A stretch of DNA of 64,000 nucleotides from Azolla caroliniana (lineage: Eukaryota > Plantae > Polypodiophyta). Position 1 is the first letter of the stretch, and every line of letters begins with the position of its first letter. The translations under genes and the position numbers were made by a program. Location: assembly GCA_043228905.1 (NCBI GenBank), contig JBHGNT010000020.1, positions 6,758,001-6,822,000 of the forward strand, in the 5' to 3' direction. The notes under the pieces are model-generated. The model was not told the DNA's origin. It was given only the letters and a program-made list of their open reading frames with translations, and searched no databases. This document shows positions 50,128-62,399 of this stretch, piece by piece.

Positions 50128-53100
50128 TCATGACACTATCCCCCTTCTTTGATGACACGTCTCACGGGTCGTAGGGTTTGTATTAAGACCTGGTTTACAA
50201 GGATATTGGCGATGAAATGCAGTGACGAGTTCTGCATTGGAAAGATTTGCAGTAGGTTCCCAAGTTCGATCATTAGGGGTATAGCCTAGCCAATTGACTA
50301 AGTAATACAACTTGTTGCGCACGATTTTAGAATTGAGAACGACAACAACTTCAAATTCGGGTCCGTATCACTTATCTTACAAGTGATCATGTAAGGGTCA
50401 AAACGTTGGTAATCCAATTTACTGCAAGGTCGAGTGGTCTTGATGTTGTGTTGGAGAAGCCATACATGATCCCCAACGTGGAACTTTTTTGAGGAGTCTA
50501 GACGATGACGATCGACAAGCCTCTTGTGTGTAACTTGAACATCGTGTGAATTTCTTGGAGGCGACTAAGACGATCCTTAGTAGCAGGGTTGGTAGGAATG
50601 TCTGGATGCACATTCATCGTCCACCGAGGATGACAACCTGTATTTGCGAAAAATAGGGAATATCTTGTAGAAGAATCGACTGATTTTTTGTAAGCGAATT
50701 CCTCCAAGTGCAAAAAATCAACCCAATCATCTTGTTGATAGTTGATGAAACAACGAAGATATTGTTCCAACATCTGGTTGGTACGCTCAGTTTGGTCATT
50801 TGTTTCGGGATGATAGCCCGAAGAAAGCTTAACTGAAATGTGGAGAAGTTTGAACATGTGCTTCCAAAACTTTGAGATGAATTGTGGACCATGATCACTA
50901 ATAATATCCTCTGGCAAACCATGATGCTTAAATACCTCCCGCATAACGAGATCAGCCAGCTCTTGACTAGTAATCGACTTTGTACATGGCAAGAAATGTG
51001 CCAATTTGGTAAATCGATCAACCATTGTGAGAATTGCATCAAAACCTTTTGAAACTGGGAGATCAGTAATGAAGTCCAAGGATATAGACCTCCAAGGAGT
51101 TTCTGGAATGGGAAGTGGTTGTAGTAAGCCATAGGATTGGTGACGTGGACTCTTTGATTGACAACATATATCACAGCTCCAAACATACTCCTCAACAAAA
51201 TGACGAAGGTGAGGCCACCAATAGCGTCGAGAAATTAATTCTAGAGTCTTGTGAACTCCAAAATGACCAGCCATTGGTGAGTCATGGCAATGTTGTAAAA
51301 CTTGTAGTTGTGGGGGACTATTAGGAACATACAATAGATTTCGTCGAAACAGAAAACCACCATGCCAATAGAACTGATGATAGTCATTACGAGGATTTTT
51401 CGACCGTGAGCAAGAAGCACAATCGGGGACAATATGATCCAAAACATCCTTGGCGAAATCATCAGTGGCCATATGATCTCGAATGGAGTCAAGAAGAGTG
51501 GAATTTTCAAGAGTTGTTATGGCATTAACTACCATTAATCGTAATCGATTTGGACCCAAAAGGATTTGTTTTTGATGCTCAAATGCAGGTTCCCCTGGAA
51601 GAAGTTCCATATAAGAGCGCCGAGAAAGAGCATCTGCTTTGCCTTGCTGCATCGTAGGGCAATATATGATGATAAAGTCGAAGTGAGTCAAAAATTGCGC
51701 CCACCGGGCTTGTTGCTGACTCAAGACTCGAGCATTTTGGAAACAAGTTAGGTTCTTATAATCATTGTAGACAATGATCTGCTGAGAAGAACCTTCTAGA
51801 AAATGTCGCCATTGTTGAAACGAATCCACAATTGCAAGAAGCTCTTTGTCATGGATCTCGTAGTTGATCTCTACAGCTTCAAACTTTCGTGAATGAAAGG
51901 CGACATGGTGTAGGTGTCCATCACCTCCAGTCCGCGAGAGGACACTTCCTAGTGCAAAATCGGATGCATCGGCTTCGAGGATGAAGCGTTTTGTTGGGTC
52001 GACATGTGCTAAGATAGGTGCCGTTGTAAATGCTCGTTTTAAGCTTTCGAATGCTTGGGCTGCATCTGAACTCCATATAAATGGCTAATCTTTATGTGTG
52101 AGTTGAGTAAGCAGAGGCACAACCTTGGAATAATCTTTAATAAATTTTCGATAAAAATTTGCAAACCCGAGAAAACATTGCACATCACGCACTGAAAGGG
52201 GTGTTTGCCACTCTAAAATTGTTTGTACCTTCATGGGGTCCATAGCAATACCATCCAATGATACAACATACCCCAAAAATTCCACTTGATTTTGGCCGAA
52301 ACTACACATTTCTAATTTTGCATAGAGACCATATTCTCAGAGTCGACATAGTACCTGACGAACATGTTCGTCATGCTACTCTTGGGTCTTCGAGTAGATT
52401 AAAATATCATCTAGGTAAACTATAGTGAAATATCAAGAAAATCTCAAAAAATATCGTTCGCCATATGTTGGAAAACAACAAGTGCATTCGTGAGATCGAA
52501 TGGCATCACAGTATACTCAAAATGTCCATAGCGAGTGCGAAAAGCTGTCTTCCATTCACCCCCTGGGCGAATCCGAACTAGATTATATGCTCCACGAAGG
52601 TCCAACTTCGTGAAATATTTTGCACCATTGAGACGTTCCAAAAGTTTCGGGATTAATGGTAGAGCATATCTATTTCGGATAGTCACTTTGTTTAGCCCTT
52701 GATAATCCACGACCAACCGAAGAGTCCCATTCTTCTTCTTAACGAAGAACATAGGTGCACCAGTAGGGGATCTAGAATGCCGAATGAATCCGTTTGCTAG
52801 ATTCTCATCAATATATTCCCACAAAGTCTCTAGCTCTACAGGGGAGAGATTATAAATTGGGCCCCATGGAGGTTCTTTCCTTGGTTGTAAGTCAATAGGG
52901 CAGTCGTATGGCTGATGCTTCGGCAATGTATTGGCCTTCACCTTATCAAATACATCTGAAAACTCCTTGTATTTCTCTGGTAGTTTAATGTCCGCTTCAC
53001 GTGAAGTGGATGATGGAGTTGCTACTATTGCGAAGACGAACATGGCCTCTTTCCCCCCTTCCTCCTGCAACTGTCGTAAAGAGATGGTCGATAACTCTGG

Positions 53101-53613
53101 GGATCTATTATCACATGTAGGAGAGAGGGATGTGGGGTTTGTGCTTTTTCCCCGGGTTTCCTCAATTGTTCTTTTCATCCAATCAATCTTCGGGTTATGG
53201 AGTTCAAACCAAGGGAGACCTAGAACTATTGGGTGTTCCAGACTACGAATAATGTTGAAAGAGATTATGCTTGCCAAATCGCCAAGAACTATCCTAATTG
53301 GCTCAGACTCCTCGACTATATCTCCTGATGCAATGAGACGTCCATCAAGGACTCCTACGACTACTGGGTTGGGAAGTTTATTCAAGAGGATGTTTTGTGA
53401 CAAGGCAAATTCACGATCCATGAAACAAGAGTTGGCTCTAGAATCTAGGAGGGTAGAGGCTAGGAATCGATGACATGTAGATGTGGTAAGCTCGACTTGT
53501 GCTGAAAAAACTCTACTCACTTGATTTGATGAAATGGAACCACGACTAAGAACTAACTCTACATAGCTAGGATGGTCCAGCCAAATGGCTCCTATTTTGG
53601 CCGGATTTACTCG
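50128..53613 (-). pseudogene. Chromovirus pol (PR-RT-RH-IN-chromodomain), fragmented
   Basis: LLDSRANSCFM; KLDLRGAYNL; SISLDFITDLP; SDHGPQF; chromodomain. Confidence 0.9.
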
Positions 53614-53619
53614 TTTAAC
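53576..53619 (-). promoter_or_regulatory. -1 ribosomal frameshift signal (G_UUA_AAC, 7-nt spacer, 10-bp stem-loop)
   Basis: The -1 frame is open from the heptamer into the pol ORF; stem TCCGGCCAAA/TTTGGCTGGA. Confidence 0.8.
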
Positions 53620-54731
53620 ACATCCTCTAATTGACTCAAGACATCGAATCTATTCTCATGGCATGGACTATGAGGCTTACTTATGTTATTAGAAGTAACA
53701 ATAGAACTCGATGTAGGGTTTTCATGGGCACTTACTTGGTATACTTGATGCCTAGGTTTATGTGGACAATTTACAGCTATATGTCCTGGACCGCCACAAT
53801 ACAGGTAGAGGCGATGCACTCGACGTCGTTGCTTCTCAATATCTGACAACGGCCCACGACGTTGTGTTGACTCTATTTCCATCGGAGTTGGGCCATCCCT
53901 TGTAATGGGTCTAGAAACTTGTGGAGGTGTTGCGACTATGGAAGCATAAGTCTGCTCAGGTTGACGACGTAACATTTGTTGGCACTCAAAACGTCGCTCA
54001 AATAGGTGATTATCACATCGCACGGCTCGACTAATGGCTTTTGTAAGCGACTTCTGATCTTTGGGGAAAGTAAGAAGAAGATATTTGACATCATTTCGCA
54101 AACCTTGACGGAATTGATCCATTAAGGCTGCCTCATCCCAAGGGATATCACATGCCAAGAGACGGAAATCAGCTGCGTAAGCCAACGCGGGACGATCTCC
54201 TTGTTGGAGCCTTTGAATTTTGTTTATCGTTGTCCTAGTGCTGTCGGTGTCTCCAAAACTAGCTTGAAACTCTTTAACAAATGCCTCGAAATCCTCCAAC
54301 AATGGTGATTTCTTCACGAAAAGTGGTGTGAACCATGCTAACGTCGTACCGCATAACAAAGTTCCCACTAATCCCACATGAACAGCATCAGTTGGATACC
54401 GATTGGGATGTAGCTGAATAACCAGACGAACTTGATTTGAAAAGCCTCGAAATAAAGACCTCATACCTTCAAACTTGGCGGGGAGGCTGATCTTTGGCTC
54501 TCTATGGGAGTTCTGAGCCCCCGACGCGTGCTCTCGTAATGACAATATAGTCGCCTCGAGTTGATGAACCCGTTGTGATAACTCTTTATATTGTTGAGCT
54601 TTTTCAACACTCACGTGTTGTAGGTCTCCAAGTAGCCTTTGATTCTCATGCTCTAATGCCACAAATTTATTCTTGAGCATGTTGAGCTCAGAAAGAACAC
54701 ACATGTATTCTTGTTTGCTCACAGACTCCAT
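53607..54731 (-). CDS. Chromovirus gag (PEG10-like), 374 aa
   Basis: PKISLPAKFEG; LQQG..YAADF; PMEIE; degenerate knuckle YLYCGGPGHIAVNC. Confidence 0.9.
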   Translation of the reverse strand: MESVSKQEYMCVLSELNMLKNKFVALEHENQRLLGDLQHVSVEKAQQYKELSQRVHQLEATILSLREHASGAQNSHREPKISLPAKFEGMRSLFRGFSNQVRLVIQLHPNRYPTDAVHVGLVGTLLCGTTLAWFTPLFVKKSPLLEDFEAFVKEFQASFGDTDSTRTTINKIQRLQQGDRPALAYAADFRLLACDIPWDEAALMDQFRQGLRNDVKYLLLTFPKDQKSLTKAISRAVRCDNHLFERRFECQQMLRRQPEQTYASIVATPPQVSRPITRDGPTPMEIESTQRRGPLSDIEKQRRRVHRLYLYCGGPGHIAVNCPHKPRHQVYQVSAHENPTSSSIVTSNNISKPHSPCHENRFDVLSQLEDVLNE

Positions 54732-57700
54732 AGCGTACGAGGGGAGAGGAGAAGGAAGAAGAGAACTTGTTAGGGTTTGTGGAAGACGAAGAGATGAAAG
54801 GAAAAAATTGGTTCAAACTGTCTCTTTCAATTATCTCTCTCTCTCTGTCTCTCTCTCTTGACACTCATTTCGCCCCATCTTGTCTCCTTGATCTTTATCT
54901 TCGTTTTCACGCTCTTGTGTTGTTCCCAGCTTCTTATGTTCCATGCTCTTAGCCCCATCATCCGGGCTCCCAACTTCCCAAGTTTATAGCCTCGTCACTT
55001 CTAGCTCTAAGTTCGTAGCCCATCGCTTGTAGCCCCATCATCTGTGCTCCGTCCGAGTCCGCGATTGGCGTGTCTGTGACAACTATTTGCTACCGTAGTG
55101 CCGCTACATACCACATGTACGTGACCGAAGGAAGACACTACATCAGCATGAACACACAAATGGGTAGCTCGCTCCCTAGTGAAAAGCTAGACCGGAGCAA
55201 TTTCTGATCTTGGGAGTACAAGATGAACCAATAAGTAGTCGGCCAAGGGTATTGGAGCTACATTGACGACACCCTCGAAAACAAACCTGTCATCACAAAA
55301 GCCAACTACCCAACATGGGAGCAAGGGGTAAGTCAAGTGATGTCCTGTTTGGCAACATGTGACCACAATCACATGTTCTGTCACATTCGAGACGCCAAGA
55401 CGCCTAAACAAGCATGGCTGAATTTGAGAAAAATATTTGTTGCCAATACGACCGCCCGCAAGCTTCAACTCTTGCAAGAGTTGAAAACAACATTCGACAA
55501 AAACACATGTCCATGTCGAACTACACATCCAAGATCAAGAGCATTTACGATGCACTTAGCACCATCAACATAAACCTTGAAGAGGACAAAATGGTGCAAG
55601 TGTGCTTGGGTAGCTTTGCAAAACGATTCAACCCAATAAGGACGATAATCTTGGTGAGGGAGAACCCTCATTCATTTTTAGACCTTCAATCCATGTTATT
55701 GGTTGAAGAGAATCATGTAAGAACAAAGAGTAAGACATCGGAAGGACAGATGTTCTTCTTGAATTGAGGAGGCAGCCGAGGACGTGTTTGAGGCAGTAAA
55801 GGTCGATTCGTCCAAGGACGAGGCGGATGAGGTCTGACCTATGAAAATAACTCCCAATTTCATAGGAAACACTCAAGGAACCTTCGGAAGAAGGGGGAGA
55901 TTTCATGCTGAACAAGCTTGGCAAATCAGGTTTGCCACTTGCAACTACTGTGGTAAAATCGGCCATCGTGAAGAGGACTGCTAAAAATAAAGAAGTGAGT
56001 TGGCTTCCACAAGTCGACAAGTCACCAACTACGCCACCAACTCCGAATTCAAAAACTATGGAGGCATGTTCGTCATGAGACACAAAGCAAACACTATGTC
56101 GGGATCTATTTCAGCCAACACCTCCACATCAGAGGAAGTATGGTTCATCGACTCAGGCACATCAAATCACATGATGTCTCACAAAGAATGGTTCAATGAT
56201 TTGCGTACGCCCGATCAACCCGGCTACGTGGAGATGAGAGATGACATCACACATACCATTCGGCATATCGGCAATGTTCCTCTCATCATGGGCAACGACA
56301 ATTACATCAAGTATGTCTTTCATGTTCCAACAATAACGAAGAATTTGGTCTCAGTCGGCCAAATCGTGGAGCAAGGCATGCATGTTCACTTCAACAATAG
56401 AGGCTGCTTTATAGAAAAGAATGGCCAACTCATAGCCAGAGGACGGAGAGAAGGTCGAATGTTTATTCTTGATTCGGAAGAGGTAAAATCTGACATGTAT
56501 GCAAAGGGTCTCAAGGTTGAATCGATTATCGAGTTATGGCACAAGAGAATCGGCCACATCAACCTCCAACGGCTCTGAGCTATGCAGTCGAAGGGAGTAG
56601 TTATCGGACATCCGACCTTTGAGTCAAAACGAGTTGACCGAGTATGTGAAGTTCGAGATGAAAGACATGAACGAACTTCATTACTTTCTGGGAATCGAGG
56701 TCATCCGAACTGACGATGGTATCATGCTCTCCAAACACACTACATCTTGAACCTTTTGTTCAAGTTCAGTATGATGGACCACAAGCCCATTTCGACTCCC
56801 CTTGATCGCAACCCAAAATAGCACGCAAACTCTGATGCACCATGTGAGCCGACTCAATATCGGCAAATCGTAGGGAGTCTCATTTATGTAACTATCACTC
56901 GACCTAATCTGAGCTATCCGGTCAGCCTCCTTAGCCAATTTATGCAAACACCATGCGACACACATTTGCATTATGTTAAGCGAGTCCTACGATATGTTAG
57001 TGGAACCATGGATCGCGGACTCTTCTATAAGACAAGAGCAACAATTCGGCTAGAAGGATACACAGATGCTGATTGGGCCAACAATGTATCCGATCGATGG
57101 TCAACATCCGGCTTCGTTTTCTCACTCGGAAGTGGAGCAATCTCTTGGAGTAGCAAAAAGCAACCAACGATTGCATTGTCCAACACCGAAGCGGAGTACA
57201 GAGGCGTGACCATCGCCACCTATGAAGCCATTTGGTTGAAGCGGTTACTCAAGGACTTCAATGAATCGGTCACCAAACTGATACGAATCTATCGTGACAA
57301 TCAGAATATCATACAACTAGCTTGAAATCCAATATTTCATGCCCGGACAAAACACATAGAGGTCCACTACCACTATGTTCGGGAGCGCATTATTGTCGGA
57401 GATATCGACCTTCACCACGTCAGCACTAATCAACAGACGACCAATATCTTCACCAAGGCCTTAGGAGCAGACAAGCTCCACTAGTTTTCGCTAGCACTTG
57501 GCCTTCGACCACTTCACACTCCAATCCTTCGTCAACGGCTTGAGGGGGAAGAACCGGTGATATGAGCTGGGAGTCAACGTCTATAGTCGAATCGAACGCC
57601 GAACATTTGAACTTGAGGGAATATGTTGAGATATCAAGCTTAACTAAGTTTAGTTATTTTGTCATATTTGTAACTTAGTAGTTACCCACATAGAATCTAG

Positions 57701-58355
57701 TTAGTGTGTTAACTTCAAATCTTTAAATACAATTTTATGCTTGTACTTAAGAATGGATACATTCTAGATCCTCCACTACCGAGTACATTTAATATAGGAC
57801 TTACATCCTTGTACTTATATTTTCTCACATACGTGCACCCTTGCACATGAGATGTATATATACCTCATGATGGGTATTTTTGGTTTTTGATGTCTTTTTA
57901 ATATAAGTATAAGTTCCTTGAGCTACACATGTTAATCATCCCCCATTTATCTTATTGTTCATAAGTGTAACTTCCTCTCTCTCTTTCTCTCACACATATG
58001 CACACATCACATAATCTTCCACGGCTTAATCACATACATGATTAACTACTCACATAATTAGATACTAATTAACCCTTAGTTAATTACCTAATTATTAACA
58101 ATTTTCGGTCTATCTTTCTCATAGATCTACGGTCCAACCTCAACAGAAGAAATTTGAGATGAAATCATGAAATGTGTCAATGTAGATGCAAATGAATCAA
58201 AAAAGCTTGATAAAAATTTCCATGAAGAGATTTGAGGAAGTTACCACATGCTTCCAAAACCAATGAACCACTTACATATGATGAAAATGTATATTAAGAT
58301 TTTGAGCTTGTTGAGATACAAGACATGGATGTATGCTTAAAGGAAGAAGATGTGA

Positions 58356-61300
58356 TTATTATTATTTTTTTCCAAAATGAAGCTACTTTCCCATTAGTTA
58401 GGTAAGATTATTACAAAGAGACTATACAAGGAGGCTTAAGCATAGAACGGGGAATCCCCCTCCACTCAAGTCCTAGAAATCAAGACTAGTTACAACGCCT
58501 TTCGGACGGACTACTTAGTGTAAGTACCAACAGCTAAAACAATGCCCTGTACTGATGACTAGTACGAGACAACTCTTGGGGCCGACAATAGAGGGAGGGT
58601 GGTAAGTGAGCCGGAAACAGCCAATGTGGGGGTTGGTAGTTCCACCTTGGGCCACTTCCTCCTAGTGTCACCATAGGCGTGTTCCGCCATTTCTGCCAAA
58701 AACGAAAACGGGCAATATCCATGTCAGAGGAGTGGCTGCAAACCTCGTCCAATTGCCCTCGTAGGCAGCTAATAAGCGCAAACCATATGTCCATGATCAC
58801 TTCCTCCGGGGGTCACACCAGATCCTGGAAGACCTTTAGGCAACGCGCTTTCCATACGTACCACACGGTGAAGCCTGCGATCAGCATCCAAATGTCCGGG
58901 AACCTAGGGGATGCGGACTGCAAGCCTCTCTCAAATCGAAACTTGGAGATTTTTCCTTGCATGCATACATAGCACCAACTATCCGCATTGAAGGCGTCCG
59001 TCCACCTATCACTAGAATGATCAAGCCATGCCGCAACACTCCACGCTGCTGTTCCTTCCACTTCACATGCCGCAAGGAGGCGAGTCACCCTATCCCATAC
59101 CTTTTGAGCGTGAGGGCAATCCCATAGATAATGCCTCAAAGTCTCAATAGGTGAATGGCAAAGTGGGCAGCCTAACGGGCCGCCACGTTTACCTAGCCAT
59201 TCGCCAACTGGAACCACATTATGCCCGATTTGCCACCNNNNNNNNNNNNNNNNNNNNNNNNNNNNNNNNNNNNNNNNNNNNNNNNNNNNNNNNNNNNNNN
59301 NNNNNNNNNNNNNNNNNNNNNNNNNNNNNNNNNNNNNATTGGTGTCTCAGTGTCTCGCAATTCATAGCCTTCGAGCCTGTCTAGTGGTCCCCTACCTCTC
59401 GGGATCAAAGATCCCTCCTCCTCGTGGCCTATCCATTTCTCCATTGTCGTCCTTTGAGTAGCAGATTCCGTAATCAGTAGAGCGTTAATGATTTCTGATC
59501 GCATAGTCCATCCGCCCCTGATTCCATGGAGTATGTTCGCCTGATCTTGTAGTGGCAATGACATAAACCTTCGCCAACATTCTATCATTACTTTTTCCTG
59601 AACCTTATGCAATGTATTCCCATGACAACCCCTTGCGTGATCCTAGTAGTTGATTAGATTCATCCTTGATACATGGGTTCCATAGGATACGTTGACTGAG
59701 CCAGGAAGGTTCGGATCTCGGTTGATCACACTTGAGCCCTCGACAAATGTCACACCATGCCTTCCACATGGATGCACTGAATCTATCCTCCAATTGGCGG
59801 GAGAAACTAGGTTTGAGATCCATGTTTAGAATCCATCTCGTTTGGGGGGCCTAATTGACCCCTTTTTGTGGCCTAAAGTAAGCGAAACGTAACCTCAATA
59901 GCATTTTCCAACAGTCATTTCCTGGTTGGAGTCCTTGCACCACAAATTTAGCAAGTAAGGCTTTCGATTGTGAAAGGAGATCAATAAGACCCAATCCCCC
60001 TCTCGACTTAGGCGTTGTGAGTATAGGCCACGCCAACTTGGCGTGAGCTACATGGTCTTCCTTACTAGACCAAATGTAGTTGTGGACCAGTTGTTGAATC
60101 TGATGTATACTTTCCTTGGAGATTGTCCAACATGATAGACTGTACCATGTTGTTGCGAGTAGTACCTGATTTGCCACTATGATGCGACCTGCTAATGACA
60201 GTTTTTCCGAGCTCCAATGTATCAACTTTTGTCGAATGGAATGGATAACGGGTGCAATCATAGTCTCTGGCGGTATGTTGAAACCAATTTGGAAACCCAA
60301 ATATTTGGTGCTTGCTCCTTGATTGATCCATTTGAAAGTGGGATGTGGGTGCCACACCAGATGTGTTTCCTGAGAGAGCCATATTGCGCAAGATTTGTGC
60401 CAATTGATCATGACATTGGATCTCTTGCAAAATACAGCTAGCCCACTTTCTAGCTTTTGGAGGTTTTCCAAGTCCCCTTGTAGGTAGACCGTTGTGTCAT
60501 CTGCAAATTCTATATCCAGGATGCTTTGGTGAGAATGAGGTACGGGAAGACCACGTAGGTTGACATGCCGCGAGTTAAGAAAGCAAGAGAGTGCTTCGGT
60601 GTATAATAGAAATAAGGATGGAGGTAGTGGGCATCCTTGTCATACAGATCGGGATATTCGGAAAAAGGGGCCCCTTTCACCTGCCAATGAAACGCAATTG
60701 CTGCCATTCCTATAAAGTCCAGCAATGCCTTTGATCCATGTCTCTTGAAAGCCGAGTTTCCGCATCACACTTTCTAGAAAGTTCCAGCCTACCCTGCCAT
60801 ATGCTTTCTCAAAATCTAGTAGCACCACCGCCGCTACCTTGTTGTTGGTACGCTTGGCAAGGGCTACTGCTTCCTAGAATGAGAAGAGGTTATCTAGGAT
60901 GTTCCGATTTCTAACGAACCCTGTCTGGGATGGATGAATGAGTTGAGGGAGAAGTGGTGTTCAACGGGGTGCCACGATTTTTACGAGCAACTTATAGACA
61001 ATATTGAGAAGAGCTAGGAATGAGATGTATCATCTCCTGTCCAAATTCCTCTGGCATGCTTCCAAAGGCGATGATCTCCTCATATGCCTGGAGGAGGTCT
61101 TCTTTAATAGTGTCCCAAAGGCATGTGAAAAAGTGCGAGGTGAGGCTGTCGATTCCGGGGCAAGTATTGGCATCTAAATCAGTGAGGGCCTCCCATATCT
61201 CAATGATTGATAGGGGACGCACAAGCCATGTATTCATTTCCGGCGTGACTTTCTCGGGTATGCTTTGTAGGATAATATCTTCTCTTATGTCTTCCCTTGT

Positions 61301-62090
61301 AGCTATAATGTCTTTGGTAAGTAGGCGGTTATAGTAACTTGTGGCAATATTCCTCATTTCATCGCCATCCTCAATGGTCGTTCCATCCTCTCGGTTGAGG
61401 CTGCACATCACAATTCTGGCGTGCCTCAGGCCTTTGGAGCGGAAGAATTCCTTCGTGGTTTTGTCCCCTACTCAAATCCATCACACCATGCTTCCATGAA
61501 ACTCCATGTCATATATTTCCTTTTCCGCCATGCTAAGTTCATGTTTGGCCGTGGTGACTTGTCCTGCGATCCAAATACATGATGGGTATCTCTGTTGGAG
61601 TCGTTGTAAGGTTCTTAGTCTCTGTTTTGTCCTCTGTCGCTTCTCCTGAGCATCCTTGCTCCTGGTCTTGACAATCTCATGTAGGAGAGTTGAAGCTCTT
61701 GTTAATTTAGCAAGAAGTTTGTCAGATGCTGATGAGTCATTGACGGGTAATGACCATTGGTTGGAGAGTTGGTCCTTCACCTCCATAGATGAGTAAATAG
61801 TGTGGGGGATGCGAATCTGGAATGGGCCCCATTTTCAGTGCAATTGAAAATGACCAGCTACCGGGTAATGGTCAGAGAAAGTCGTGCCTGGAGTTATGCG
61901 ACACCCCCCCCCCCCTTCGCTTCTAGAACCTCACCCACATAAATGCGGTCAATGAGAGATAGGGTGGGTCCACTATTCCGCTGGTTTGATTGGGAGAATA
62001 GGAGAGAATCCCTTTTTCGTTGGAAGTTGTCAGAATACCAGATGTCTCACAGGTTATGGTGGACACATAGCTTCTCCCATTGTTTACGTC
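58356..62090 (-). mobile_element. Degenerate L1-type LINE ORF2 (endonuclease end, RT, zf-RVT), 5'-truncated
   Basis: FSDHYP; CPGIDSLT; LLDFEKAY; KYLGFQIG; GGLGL; CPLCHSPIETLRHYLWDC; A/(AAT)n tail at ~58356-58372. Confidence 0.88.
59238..59337. other. Assembly gap (100 N)
   Basis: Run of N. Confidence 1.
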
Positions 62091-62399
62091 ACATATGGTT
62101 TTTATTAATATTAGAGTTAGTTTCAACAAATATCAGAGTTACTTTCAACCAACCCCCCTTAACTCTAATACTTATAGATTAGTGAGAGAGACTCAACCCA
62201 ATATGCTTGCAACAATTCCGATGTTTAGTACTTGGAACCAACTTGGTTAAGAAGTCAACCCACATATCTGGAGTAGGGGTATAGTTGTTGTTGAGGTTAT
62301 GTTATATCAACAAGTTCTGTTATGGTGTGATATTGAGCTTGTTATCCCTGTCGACTAACACAAAGGGTCGAACGACTATTTTATATAGTCTCTCTATCA

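Larger units (their letters stand above)
49567..54863 (-). mobile_element. Tcn1-like chromovirus (Ty3/Gypsy) I with rearranged LTR ends
   Basis: TSD CTCAT; gag 53607..54731; PR/RT 52444..53520; RH/IN 50498..51829; chromodomain YYLVNWLGYTPNDRTWEP; PPT 50136-50147. Confidence 0.93.
48575..55081 (+). repeat. Probable solo LTR (TTCTAGA-rich) in the H leader, partly duplicated and interrupted by I
   Basis: TGTCA..TGACA ends; flanks CCTAT/ACTAT (4/5 match); TATAAATA near 48836. Confidence 0.55.
48021..58100 (+). mobile_element. Copia H (C/E lineage), lacking integrase core and most of RT
   Basis: TSD ATTTT; LTRs 48021-48479 and 57624-58100; PBS 48480-48489; gag from 55148; jump from the pre-integrase region to FEMKD at ~56651. 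Confidence 0.93.
43255..58145 (+). mobile_element. Degenerate Copia G (Tnt1/Tork-like); 5' LTR truncated, 3' LTR split by H
   Basis: 5' LTR remnant to 43578; mutated PBS TAGTATCAGAGC 43582-43593; gag-pol 43607-~47580; PPT 47582-47593; 3' LTR 47594-48020 plus 58106-58145. Confidence 0.9.
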
